DNA of 59,417 nucleotides, filler included. It is 6 parts of 6 records of this genome, joined end to end, with 100 filler letters (N's around TTAATTAATTAA, not from the genome) between each part and the next. Parts side by side here need not be neighbours in the genome. Positions count along the whole stretch, not along the records: positions 1 to 8,498 come from SRR31147125_5746; positions 8,599 to 18,146 come from SRR31147125_5754; 4 more parts are not named here. One strand, 5' to 3'. The notes beneath the pieces were generated by a model. It saw nothing but the letters and a program-made list of their open reading frames with translations. It was not told the DNA's origin and ran no database searches. The translations under genes and the position numbers were made by a program. This document shows positions 1 through 8,838 of this stretch, in pieces (within the stretch, counting starts at the first letter, position 1; each line of letters begins with the position of its first letter).

Positions 1-48
1 AAGAAGAATAGACCATTTTCTAATCCATTTACTATAAACTAAAATTTG

Positions 49-76
49 AAGCCCCGGCCAGTAGGTCGGGGCTTTT
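49..76 (+). terminator. Intrinsic terminator of a truncated upstream + strand gene
   Basis: Hairpin AAGCCCCGGCC-agta-GGTCGGGGCTT followed by a T-rich tail; lies just after a TAA near 42 that ends the frame KKNRPFSNPFTIN*. Confidence 0.7.
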
Positions 77-263
77 ATTTTCAACCCGAAATATGCATTA
101 AAAAATCTATTCCGAGCCGAAAATGCCTCAAAACAAGACACTTCGTCAACTGATAAAACTTCTCCATAACAATACTATGTTTGTATTCTTCAAGCTCTTG
201 TTTTATTGCATTCCGCGCTCATTACAAAGTTCTAATGCATAATTCGAGTTTAAACAAAGGCAT

Positions 264-301
264 AAAAAAACAAGGAACCAAAACTACGGCTCCCTGCTTT
301 T
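264..301 (-). terminator. Intrinsic terminator downstream of the large T9SS cargo gene
   Basis: Minus strand GCAGGGAGCC-loop-GGTTCCTTGT then T7, about 27 nt after the stop at 328. Confidence 0.75.
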
Positions 302-327
302 CAATTATTATCAGTCCGAACTACGTT

Positions 328-3300
328 CTAATCTCTATCCAGAATTATTTTCTTGACAGCCATTACGTCTCCCGCCTTTACCATAACCAAATATGTACCG
401 GAAACATGATCTGACATATCCAGCTGAAGGTTTTCTCCTTTCATAAATGTTTTACGAATTACTTCTGCGCCGTGCATGTCGAACACAAGAACCTCGGATG
501 CTGCACTTATAACATTCTCAACGCCAATATTAATAAGGCCGCGTGTTGGATTTGGATGAACTGTTATATCTATTTTACCTGAATACAATTCATTAATACC
601 CACAATAATATTATCCACACATAGCTCAAACACATTGGAAGCTTTTTCTCCGGCAAGGTCGGAAGCTTGCAGAACAATATTATAACAACCGGTATCGGCC
701 AACATTGGAGCAAAATCAATAATAAATGTATCTGTTTCGCTGGTTGTGGTAATCCATTCCGGTAAACTGCCCTCTTCTAACTCAAGTTTATATTCCAGTT
801 CTGAATCATCGACATCTCCAAACCAGTCTCCCACGATTTTGCTTAGACTCAACCTAAGAGTTTCGGTAGCTTTTACATGTCGCTCTTCCACAGGTTGAAC
901 AACAAAAGGAGCATCGTTAACCGCATTCACCTTTAAAACGAACTGCTCTGAAACACTTACTCCCTGGTCATCTTCAACATAAACAGAAATAGTATCAACA
1001 CCACTTTCATTTGGATTCAACACGATATCAAGAGTCCCTGATATTTCGGGTGCAACATAATTTACTGCAAGTTCTGAAACCAGGCTATTATTAACATTTG
1101 TTGCTGTTACTAATACTTCCTGCGAGCCACAATCCTTGCCTCCTGATATACCTTCCAAAGCAACTGTCACCAAGCTGTCTTCATCAACAACAATATCCTG
1201 AATATCGTTAATTGTTGGCAATGCATTTTCGGAATACACACGAACCTTTACCTTGCATTCTGAAGAATTTCCTGCCTCATCAGTAACCGTAACTGTTATT
1301 TCCGGACGACCTACATCTTCACATTTAAATGCTGAAGGAACAATAATTACATCCAAATCATCAAATGCCGTAACGTTATCGATTGTTCCGCGAATAATGG
1401 AACTTCTGTCCGCCTCATCCAACACGTACCTTCTTCCTTCAATTAAATAAATACTAATTGGATTACAATCAACCTCCGGAGCGATATTATCAACAGCATC
1501 CGGGTCATCGCCATCAACTAAGCCATCGCAGTCATTGTCAATACCGTCGTAATATTCCGTGGCTCCCGGATATACCGAAGCACTAGTATCATCACAATCA
1601 ATGTCTGCACAATATCCATCACCATCTGCATCACCGGCAGCATCGTTACCCGAACACTGGTCACAAGAATCTCCAACATTGTCGCTGTCCGAGTCGGCCT
1701 GGTCTCCGTTTGGAGTCGCGGGGCAATTATCACAAACATCACCAACACCATCGGCATCGGCATCGGCTTGATCAGTGTTTGCAATGGTCGGGCAATTATC
1801 GCAAGCATCACCTACACCATCGCCATCAGCATCAGACTGATCATTAACAGTCACGGGGCAATTATCACAAGCATCCCCGATTCCATCACCATCAGCATCG
1901 GCTTGATCCGTATTCATAATACCAGTACAGTTATCACACGTATCACCAACTCCGTCGCCATCAGAATCGGCCTGGCCTCCATTTGAATCATAAAGGCAAT
2001 TATCACAGGCATCACCTACGCCGTCACCATCAGAATCCTCCTGACTTAAATTAGAATCAACAGAGCAATTATCACAATCATCAGGAACTCCATCTCCATC
2101 AGTATCTAATGTATCATCTCCTCCCGGACAAATATCATTACAATCAGCAACTCCATCTCCATCGTTATCTGTATCGGCAACTCCACAGCCACAAACTCCC
2201 GGGTCTGTTTTTCCAGGATCATTCGGACAATTATCGTTGCAATCGGCTGTGCCATCGCCGTCAGAATCGACATCAGCAACACCACAGCCACAAACACCTG
2301 GCTCAGTTTTATTTGGATCGTTCGGACAATTATCGTTACAGTCTGCTGTACCATCGCCATCTGAATCAGTATCGGCAACTCCACAACCACATATTCCAGG
2401 AGCAATTTTATTTGGGTCATTTAGGCAGGCATCGCAGCCGTCCGGTACTCCGTCGCCATCAGTATCAACGTTATCATCAGCACCCGGACAAATATCACAG
2501 GCATCGCCAACACCATCGCCATCTGAATCTGTCTGATCGTTAACCGTTGCCGGACAATTATCGCAAGCATCGCCTATTCCGTCGCCATCCGCATCTGCCT
2601 GGTCAGCATTACTAACACCAATACAATTATCTACATCGTCACAAACTCCATCACCATCCGAACCATCATTAGTAGGATCTAATGGACAAGGATCTCCTGA
2701 ATCACAATAACCATCACTATCGGAATCAACTCCATCATTAGCAGGAAGATTATCAGCCAACGGTCCAAAATCATCGGTTCCAACAGAACAATCATCACAT
2801 CCATCGCTATCAGCGTCTTGACAAACATCAGGATTCAGTGGTTCAGAATCATCAGCATCTGCAACACCATCATTGTCATCGTCCAAATCGCCTGCATCGC
2901 AAAGTCCATCTCCATCAGTATCAATTCCATCGTTAGCAGGGGCATTGTCCGGCAATGGTCCAAAATCATCGGTTCCGACAGAACAATCGTCGCAGCCATC
3001 ACCATCAGCATCCTGGCAGACATCTGGATTTAACGGCTCAGTATCAGAACCATCTGCTACGCCATCATTGTCATCGTCTGCATCGCCAGCATCGCAAATT
3101 CCATCCCCATCGGTATCAGGTCCGTCGTTATTAAAATCATTGTCTGGTAATGGTCCAAAATCATCTGTACCTACAGAACAATCGTCACATCCGTCACCAT
3201 CGGCATCCTGGCAGATATCGGGATTTAATGGCTCAGTATCTGAACCGTCTGCTACGCCATCATTGTCATCATCATCGTCGCATATATTATCAATTCCATC

Positions 3301-5187
3301 TCCGTCAGTATCTGTACCTGATGCATTAACGGTAACCAAAGAGGTGCAATTATCCACATTACCTGCAGCATCTTCAACATATAAAGTTACCGTCACAGGA
3401 GACCCAGCAATATCATCACAATCAACAGTGGCAGGAACAACATACATATTGCTTATCCCAATATTATCGCTTGAACCATTATCAATATCGGCAACAACAA
3501 GTGTATAAGAACCGGTTGCATCCAATTCAACAGTAACAGGCTGACAACTGGCTACCGGAGGAACATCATCAATTATAGTATACGTACAACTGACCTTTGC
3601 AGCCGGATTAAATTCGGTATTATCATTACCCGACCAGTAATCCACATTATTAATAAGTGCCGCCAATTCAGCAGGTCTTCCCTCTAACGTTGTACCCGGC
3701 GGAAGCAAGTCACAATCGAACTGCCAATTATCAACTTCTGTCTCAGGCGGACCTGAAGAATATAATCGAATAGCATTTACACCATTTGTCAACTGATCGG
3801 GCAGAGCAGACTCATCGTTAGTGGTATTTTGTCCATCCCAATCAGCATCATTGGTAAGAAGTTGAGTTACTGTGTATGCCGGCCAAAAATATCGGTGAAT
3901 CAGCAGTTCCTGGAATGCAAAAATCTGGTCTCCAATAGATGCCAATATACTTCCTGTAATAAAACTTCCGGGCAGGGTAATAATGTCGCCGGCACTCATG
4001 TCGCTACCGGCGTACCAGGTTGCAGTTCCTTCCGATTCTCCAATACATGAAATAGTATTGGGATTAGTAACACCGCAGTCTGTAAATTTTATATTGGTGC
4101 CTTCAATTACATCTCGCAATAAAATAAATGCAAACGAATCGTTTCCATCCAAATTAAAACCAACAAAAGCAATATCGCCGGCCATTAATGCCGTTGAAGG
4201 CGGCTCTTCAACTGTTAAAGTAAGGTTACAATTATCTGTATTTCCGGCCTCGTCGGTTGCAGTTAACACAATTGTATGCGTACCGACATTAACCAAAGAA
4301 CCTGCTTCAGGAGATTGTGTAATTGCGATATTACCAACTTCCGACACATCATCGGTTGCAGTAGTTGCAGAAACCAAATCGGGCACTGCTGCCAAGCCGT
4401 TTGTTTCGGCTACAATGGGGGCCGGTGTTGGGGCACATGTTATTTCGGGCGGTGTTACATCCGAAGCTCCTGTAATACTAAATGAACAAGGGAAAGGATT
4501 TATTGAAAAAGAAGTAATATTTGAAGCATCAATATCCCAGTTTGCCAGATTACAAATTGCAGTTCTAAGAGCGGCTGTTGTTCCTGAAGTTACAGAGCAA
4601 TTATACTTAAAATTGTCTTTCTCTGTGGGTCCGGATTGATAAACCCAAATTGCAGTTCCTCCGTTTGTTAATGCATTTGGAAGTGCAGATGTTTTATTCG
4701 AAACCGCCGAGCCGTCCCAATTACTACTGTTCGAACCGGTTTCCACATTCCAGTGGATTCCCGCAAGAAAAGTTGGACTTGCCTCGCTTCCCTGGTAGGC
4801 AAAAATTTGGTCTCCCAAATAACTAATTAAGATTTCGCCGGAAAGAGAGCCGGTCGAAGCAATTCTGTTTTCAGGAGCCAGAACTCCATTAATTGAAGTC
4901 TGAACATGAACAACTTCTCCTGCAGTTAGTGCACTTACTGCTGTCCATACCAAACCGTCATAATCTCCATCGGTTGCATAAAAGCTTCCGGGAGAGTCAT
5001 TCCAGCCCTTATCTGTAAAATTAATAGATGTTCCTGTTTCTACATCTTTCAATAGCAGAAACGCAAAATCATCGTTCCCATCGGAGTTAAGACCAACAAA
5101 AACAATGTCTCCGGCCGATAGGTTTGTTTGTGCATTCCCAATTAATAAGACAAAAAGAAAAGCTAAAAGCAAGGTTAACTTTTTCAT
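328..5187 (-). CDS. Large T9SS-secreted surface protein: signal peptide, duplicated N-terminal domain, HYR-like domains, thrombospondin type-3 repeats, MopE-like motif, cadherin/Ig-like domains, T9SS C-terminal sorting domain
   Basis: Sec signal MKKLTLLLAFLFVLLIGNA; many DxDGDGxGDACDNCP repeats; DVTPPEITC; DCDD...YPGATE...DGIDNDCDG; C-terminal HPNPTRG...SGTYLV...KKII. Confidence 0.9.
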   Translation of the reverse strand: MKKLTLLLAFLFVLLIGNAQTNLSAGDIVFVGLNSDGNDDFAFLLLKDVETGTSINFTDKGWNDSPGSFYATDGDYDGLVWTAVSALTAGEVVHVQTSINGVLAPENRIASTGSLSGEILISYLGDQIFAYQGSEASPTFLAGIHWNVETGSNSSNWDGSAVSNKTSALPNALTNGGTAIWVYQSGPTEKDNFKYNCSVTSGTTAALRTAICNLANWDIDASNITSFSINPFPCSFSITGASDVTPPEITCAPTPAPIVAETNGLAAVPDLVSATTATDDVSEVGNIAITQSPEAGSLVNVGTHTIVLTATDEAGNTDNCNLTLTVEEPPSTALMAGDIAFVGFNLDGNDSFAFILLRDVIEGTNIKFTDCGVTNPNTISCIGESEGTATWYAGSDMSAGDIITLPGSFITGSILASIGDQIFAFQELLIHRYFWPAYTVTQLLTNDADWDGQNTTNDESALPDQLTNGVNAIRLYSSGPPETEVDNWQFDCDLLPPGTTLEGRPAELAALINNVDYWSGNDNTEFNPAAKVSCTYTIIDDVPPVASCQPVTVELDATGSYTLVVADIDNGSSDNIGISNMYVVPATVDCDDIAGSPVTVTLYVEDAAGNVDNCTSLVTVNASGTDTDGDGIDNICDDDDDNDGVADGSDTEPLNPDICQDADGDGCDDCSVGTDDFGPLPDNDFNNDGPDTDGDGICDAGDADDDNDGVADGSDTEPLNPDVCQDADGDGCDDCSVGTDDFGPLPDNAPANDGIDTDGDGLCDAGDLDDDNDGVADADDSEPLNPDVCQDADSDGCDDCSVGTDDFGPLADNLPANDGVDSDSDGYCDSGDPCPLDPTNDGSDGDGVCDDVDNCIGVSNADQADADGDGIGDACDNCPATVNDQTDSDGDGVGDACDICPGADDNVDTDGDGVPDGCDACLNDPNKIAPGICGCGVADTDSDGDGTADCNDNCPNDPNKTEPGVCGCGVADVDSDGDGTADCNDNCPNDPGKTDPGVCGCGVADTDNDGDGVADCNDICPGGDDTLDTDGDGVPDDCDNCSVDSNLSQEDSDGDGVGDACDNCLYDSNGGQADSDGDGVGDTCDNCTGIMNTDQADADGDGIGDACDNCPVTVNDQSDADGDGVGDACDNCPTIANTDQADADADGVGDVCDNCPATPNGDQADSDSDNVGDSCDQCSGNDAAGDADGDGYCADIDCDDTSASVYPGATEYYDGIDNDCDGLVDGDDPDAVDNIAPEVDCNPISIYLIEGRRYVLDEADRSSIIRGTIDNVTAFDDLDVIIVPSAFKCEDVGRPEITVTVTDEAGNSSECKVKVRVYSENALPTINDIQDIVVDEDSLVTVALEGISGGKDCGSQEVLVTATNVNNSLVSELAVNYVAPEISGTLDIVLNPNESGVDTISVYVEDDQGVSVSEQFVLKVNAVNDAPFVVQPVEERHVKATETLRLSLSKIVGDWFGDVDDSELEYKLELEEGSLPEWITTTSETDTFIIDFAPMLADTGCYNIVLQASDLAGEKASNVFELCVDNIIVGINELYSGKIDITVHPNPTRGLINIGVENVISAASEVLVFDMHGAEVIRKTFMKGENLQLDMSDHVSGTYLVMVKAGDVMAVKKIILDRD
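2130..2430 (-). repeat. Three intragenic 99-bp (33-aa) Cys-rich tandem repeats
   Basis: Unit NDPNKTEPGVCGCGVADxDSDGDGTADCNDNCP; ccaca(g/a)ccaca recurs at 2183, 2282 and 2381. Confidence 0.85.
2730..3315 (-). repeat. Three intragenic 195-bp (65-aa) tandem repeats
   Basis: ggtccaaaatcatc recurs at 2762, 2957 and 3152; unit DTDGDG...EPLNPDVCQDADGDGCDDCSVGTDDFGPL. Confidence 0.9.
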
Positions 5188-5374
5188 TATGGTTTGTAGT
5201 TTAATTTATTTATTCTTGAGCCATTTTTATAATTTTCAGCATAGTTATACCTTTTACAGAAAGCATTCATAAAATTGAACCATGCCCAAAGAAGATTTCT
5301 TTCACATAATTTTAGCTCAGTATTAAAACCTGCCTTCCAGCTAATTTATGCTAAATACCAAAAATGAACAACGT

Positions 5375-5878
5375 CTAATTTCGTGAAGGATAAAGTCCTT
5401 CAAGAGCAATAATAAAATTCACACACTGATAAGGCGGCATGTTATTTACAGGCTGCCCACCTCCGGCACTTGATGCGGGCATTGTTGTTCCATCAGAACC
5501 GGTTGCAAATGAATTTGTTCCACTACCGGCAATATAGTTACCATCGGGAGAATCGGTATTCGCCTCTTCATTAGCATTAACGGGATGAGTATGCGCGGGC
5601 ATTTGACTTACAGTTAGGGTATTTGTCTCTGTTCCCCACTTTTCGCCTATACCTCTATAGCTCAATCCGGGGCCTTGACCCATGTGCATTGGAAAACGCC
5701 CTCTTAAATCGGGCACGCCAAAGGTAGTTCTTCCATCACCACCATAAGTTGTTCCTAAAAGTGAAAATAATGTTGAATACTGACTAATTGGCAATAGCTG
5801 CCCATTACAGAAAGCCCAACCTCTTGGGGCAAACGAGCCTCCAAACATTTTAATTTCTCCAATAAACGGTTCTGCCAT
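5375..5878 (-). CDS. Phage tail-collar domain protein (microcystin-dependent protein / MdpB-like)
   Basis: PFIGEIKMFGGSFAPRGWAFCNGQLL...LFSLLGTTYGGDGRTTFGVPDLRGR; HTH motif; C-terminal NMPPY...FIIALEGLYPSRN. Confidence 0.92.
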   Translation of the reverse strand: MAEPFIGEIKMFGGSFAPRGWAFCNGQLLPISQYSTLFSLLGTTYGGDGRTTFGVPDLRGRFPMHMGQGPGLSYRGIGEKWGTETNTLTVSQMPAHTHPVNANEEANTDSPDGNYIAGSGTNSFATGSDGTTMPASSAGGGQPVNNMPPYQCVNFIIALEGLYPSRN

Positions 5879-5897
5879 AACTTATCTATTTTAATGA

Positions 5898-6893
5898 TTA
5901 ATATTTTTGAATTGTTAAATTTCTTATTTCAACATTAATGTGCGCCGGATAATCAGGCACATAATTAAATACGAATTCTCCTCCAATGTAATTACTTAAT
6001 TCCATTAGCTTAATTGGCGTAGTTAAACCACTGTCTCCTTCTATTAAAAATATGTCTTTATATAATTTTATTGAGGTATAAAGTTTTAACTCATACAACA
6101 CATCTGTTATTTCAGGACAATTTAAAGTTGTCGTACTAAACACATCTTTTATTGTTTCCCTGTTTACTTTCAAAACTTCTCCAACATCAATTCTTTTTTC
6201 ATTTTCAACCTTAAGCTTCTCAGGATTCCAGTCTCCCCGGGTATTAAGCTTTGCTTCTATAATAATCTCTTCAGGAACAAAAATTGCATCCGGTTTCATT
6301 TGGCTATAAAGATTTTGCATTATTGTCACCTGCGGCTCACGGCGCAATGCAGCCTGCATTGTTTCCGAAACTATAATATCATAATCTTTATTAAACTCTT
6401 TCGTTGAAGCATCTTCGAGCAAAAATTCACCTACACTTTTTCTTAACCGCAATCCTGCTGTAATTTTCCGGGCAGAAAGAAGCGAAACTTCATTTATATC
6501 TAATAAGTCAACACTCAGTTCATCCTTACTATAGAGCGTTAATAAAGGAGTAATAAGAGTTGCATAAGGACCGCAACCGGCATACAATAGTTGAATACAA
6601 TTATCGTTTTCTGTTAATTTCTGTTGTATTGCAGCATTAATACCCCGAATAAATTTTGTGGTGCGTTTAAAATCGAATAAGCACTGGGCTGCCTCCGCCG
6701 GCGAAATTGCTTTTCCCGAAGCCAGAATTATTTCATCATCGTTTTGGTTAGATGTATTTACCGATGATAAGGAAGTGAAGACACTGTACATTTTATCAAC
6801 TGCCTGTTTCATTAGGCCAGGTTCTTCGCCACAGTTGAGCAATAACAGTGTTGCATCTTTTAATATTTCAAATTGAGTATTGCCTTTCATCAT
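5898..6893 (-). CDS. Class I SAM-dependent methyltransferase with PRMT-like motifs
   Basis: Motif I YAGCGP; acidic LDIN; DIIVSETMxxxLxxE; upstream DFKRT. Confidence 0.8.
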   Translation of the reverse strand: MMKGNTQFEILKDATLLLLNCGEEPGLMKQAVDKMYSVFTSLSSVNTSNQNDDEIILASGKAISPAEAAQCLFDFKRTTKFIRGINAAIQQKLTENDNCIQLLYAGCGPYATLITPLLTLYSKDELSVDLLDINEVSLLSARKITAGLRLRKSVGEFLLEDASTKEFNKDYDIIVSETMQAALRREPQVTIMQNLYSQMKPDAIFVPEEIIIEAKLNTRGDWNPEKLKVENEKRIDVGEVLKVNRETIKDVFSTTTLNCPEITDVLYELKLYTSIKLYKDIFLIEGDSGLTTPIKLMELSNYIGGEFVFNYVPDYPAHINVEIRNLTIQKY

Positions 6894-7726
6894 CAGGTCA
6901 TTTTCGGGAATGTTCTTTTTTTCAATTGTTCTGATTTATTATACTCTTCCTTAATCGTTTCGAAATAATCAGGTGTTGGAGGTGCAAAAGGTCCTCCAAA
7001 ATATATTCGGTCTTTCAAACTTTCGGCATTCAACCAGTGTTGCATTTGCACTTTGGGCATCTGAAAAGTTGCACCATAATAATGTGGCAATGCATACATA
7101 CCATAAACAATAACAAAACGTGTTCCCGGTGCTTTTCGTGGAATGCCCCTGTGCCAGGCCCGCTGATCTATCAATAAAACATCTTCCATTTTTAAATGAA
7201 TTGCAACTTCATTTTCACCCGTATTCGGCAACATTGAATTATTACGATGCGATCCGGGAATAATCTGTGTCGGACCATGTTCATCATCAATATCTTCAAA
7301 ATAAAACGCGAGAAAAACATCCATGGGGTAATGGTATTCATTACCGGGCATCCCGTCCGGCGACCTGTCTTTGTGCCAATCTGGTGCATATTCACCACGA
7401 GTACTTTCGGTTTCAATAACAATTATTGTAGTATGAATAACAGGCATTGGTTTTGCAACAGAATGCGAAAGCGCTGAAGGCAAAACCTGTCTTCCTCGCG
7501 GAGCAAGTGCAGCTGCTATGTATTGCGGCGAATCATCGGGTATAGTGTAACTAAAACCATTAAAAGTCATTACTTCTTCAAGCTCTTGTTTAAATAGCTT
7601 CACCGATTCACGTTCAAAAACATTTGGCAATACAGCGTAACCATCCCTCTGAAACTTTGATATAAATCCTTCTATTTCGCTATCAGTATATGGAACTGTA
7701 TTAAATTTTAAGGCTACCTTATTCAT
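6893..7726 (-). CDS. Phytanoyl-CoA dioxygenase (PhyH)-family 2OG-Fe(II) oxygenase
   Basis: FQRDGYAVLPNV, WHKD (HxD), GPTQIIPGSH, WHRG and downstream Arg; stop overlaps the next start (TGATG). Confidence 0.85.
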   Translation of the reverse strand: MNKVALKFNTVPYTDSEIEGFISKFQRDGYAVLPNVFERESVKLFKQELEEVMTFNGFSYTIPDDSPQYIAAALAPRGRQVLPSALSHSVAKPMPVIHTTIIVIETESTRGEYAPDWHKDRSPDGMPGNEYHYPMDVFLAFYFEDIDDEHGPTQIIPGSHRNNSMLPNTGENEVAIHLKMEDVLLIDQRAWHRGIPRKAPGTRFVIVYGMYALPHYYGATFQMPKVQMQHWLNAESLKDRIYFGGPFAPPTPDYFETIKEEYNKSEQLKKRTFPKMT

Positions 7727-7806
7727 AAAACAGAATTATACAAACACCCCTGAAGACCGTTTTTACAAAGGGTAAAGACGATAGAATTATCTCGTAAATA
7801 TTACTA

Positions 7807-8346
7807 CTAAACAGAAAGATTAAAGGACACCTCCGAATGATTTGCAAAATCCTTTTTCACAGGGAATAGTTTATCGCCCAGCTGCCTGTTTTTCTCCCAA
7901 TGTTTATCTGAGATATGTGCATCGAAATCGGTAATTACCAATTCTGAATTATAACTGTTCTCCTGCCCTGAAACAATGAAGTTTATCCGGGGCGCCTTTC
8001 CGGCTTGTCTTTCCGGACAGTCAGTCCAAAACTCGTATTCGCCGTTTTTGTCAGCTGTTAATTTTGTATTTTTGCAGTTTAGACTCGAACTTTTTACTGG
8101 GTTCAATATTTCTATTACGGCACCCGGTTGTGGATTTTCCCCTGTTCTATCGTATACAATCCCTCTTACCCGAATATGCTTATTTGTAAGCCCTGCTGTT
8201 CGCAGGTCTAACTTGCAATACATATTATTCCGGACACTCTTTGCTTTACTTTGTTTCAGAAAAAAAGTTGGAAATAGTAGGGTAATAACAGATGACTTTA
8301 TTACATTTTTTAGAAATACTCTTCTATGGTTCACATCACATTGCAT
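7807..8346 (-). CDS. Tat-signal protein with intradiol ring-cleavage dioxygenase-like fold, iron ligands apparently absent
   Basis: RRVFLK followed by a hydrophobic stretch; VRGIVYD..G.P.PGAVIEI; TADKNGEYEFWT..P; APRINF in place of PHIHF. Confidence 0.65.
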   Translation of the reverse strand: MQCDVNHRRVFLKNVIKSSVITLLFPTFFLKQSKAKSVRNNMYCKLDLRTAGLTNKHIRVRGIVYDRTGENPQPGAVIEILNPVKSSSLNCKNTKLTADKNGEYEFWTDCPERQAGKAPRINFIVSGQENSYNSELVITDFDAHISDKHWEKNRQLGDKLFPVKKDFANHSEVSFNLSV

Positions 8347-8498
8347 AATCAGTCAGTCTAACAGTTAAGGTTTGCAATATATAACAATTATGTTATATAT
8401 TGGAAGAAGTAGTTGTTACATATTATTATTGCAACCAATAAAAAAAGCAAGACTATTTAATCTCGCAATAGTGGTTTTCTATTTCCATATCAAAAAAA

Positions 8499-8598
8499 NN
8501 NNNNNNNNNNNNNNNNNNNNNNNNNNNNNNNNNNNNNNNNNNTTAATTAATTAANNNNNNNNNNNNNNNNNNNNNNNNNNNNNNNNNNNNNNNNNNNN
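8499..8598. other. Artificial contig linker
   Basis: N44-TTAATTAATTAA-N44, with stops in all six frames. Confidence 0.98.
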
Positions 8599-8739
8599 GC
8601 GGTCAATCCAACCGAGCTGGCCGGTGAGTATGCCTTGCAGAGTCCGGAGAAAAAACAGCAGCTTGCCAGGCGCCTTGATGCCTGGCTCAGACAAATACAG
8701 CAGGATGCGGAGAAATTAACACCCTTGGATGAACATTAA
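8599..8739 (+). CDS. 3' fragment of a gene, possibly a sulfatase C-terminus
   Basis: Open frame ...SPEKKQQLARRLDAWLRQIQQDAEKLTPLDEH*, resembling sulfatase C-terminal helices. Confidence 0.35.
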   Translation, partial: AVNPTELAGEYALQSPEKKQQLARRLDAWLRQIQQDAEKLTPLDEH

Positions 8740-8838
8740 TGGGAATGGATATGAAATACGGGACTGACAACTTTAAAATAGGTAAATCCCTTTTTATAAT
8801 TTGACTACAGTCATCAACTCAAAACAAAAATTATAACT

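Noticed and set aside
2130-3315. Regularly spaced repeats as a CRISPR array
   Set aside because: Periods of 99 and 195 bp are in-frame protein repeats with synonymous variation; no unique spacers or cas genes
1559-4639. Long Ser/Pro-rich + strand ORFs (e.g. 2873-3508, 3983-4639)
   Set aside because: Antisense shadows of the Asp/Gly-rich repeat gene; no independent coding signal
5375-5878. Prophage or eCIS inferred from the tail-collar gene
   Set aside because: No capsid, terminase, sheath, tube, baseplate or integrase genes on the contig
8543-8554. TTAATTAATTAA palindrome recurring five times, and ORFs running into the Ns
   Set aside because: Synthetic six-frame stop linker
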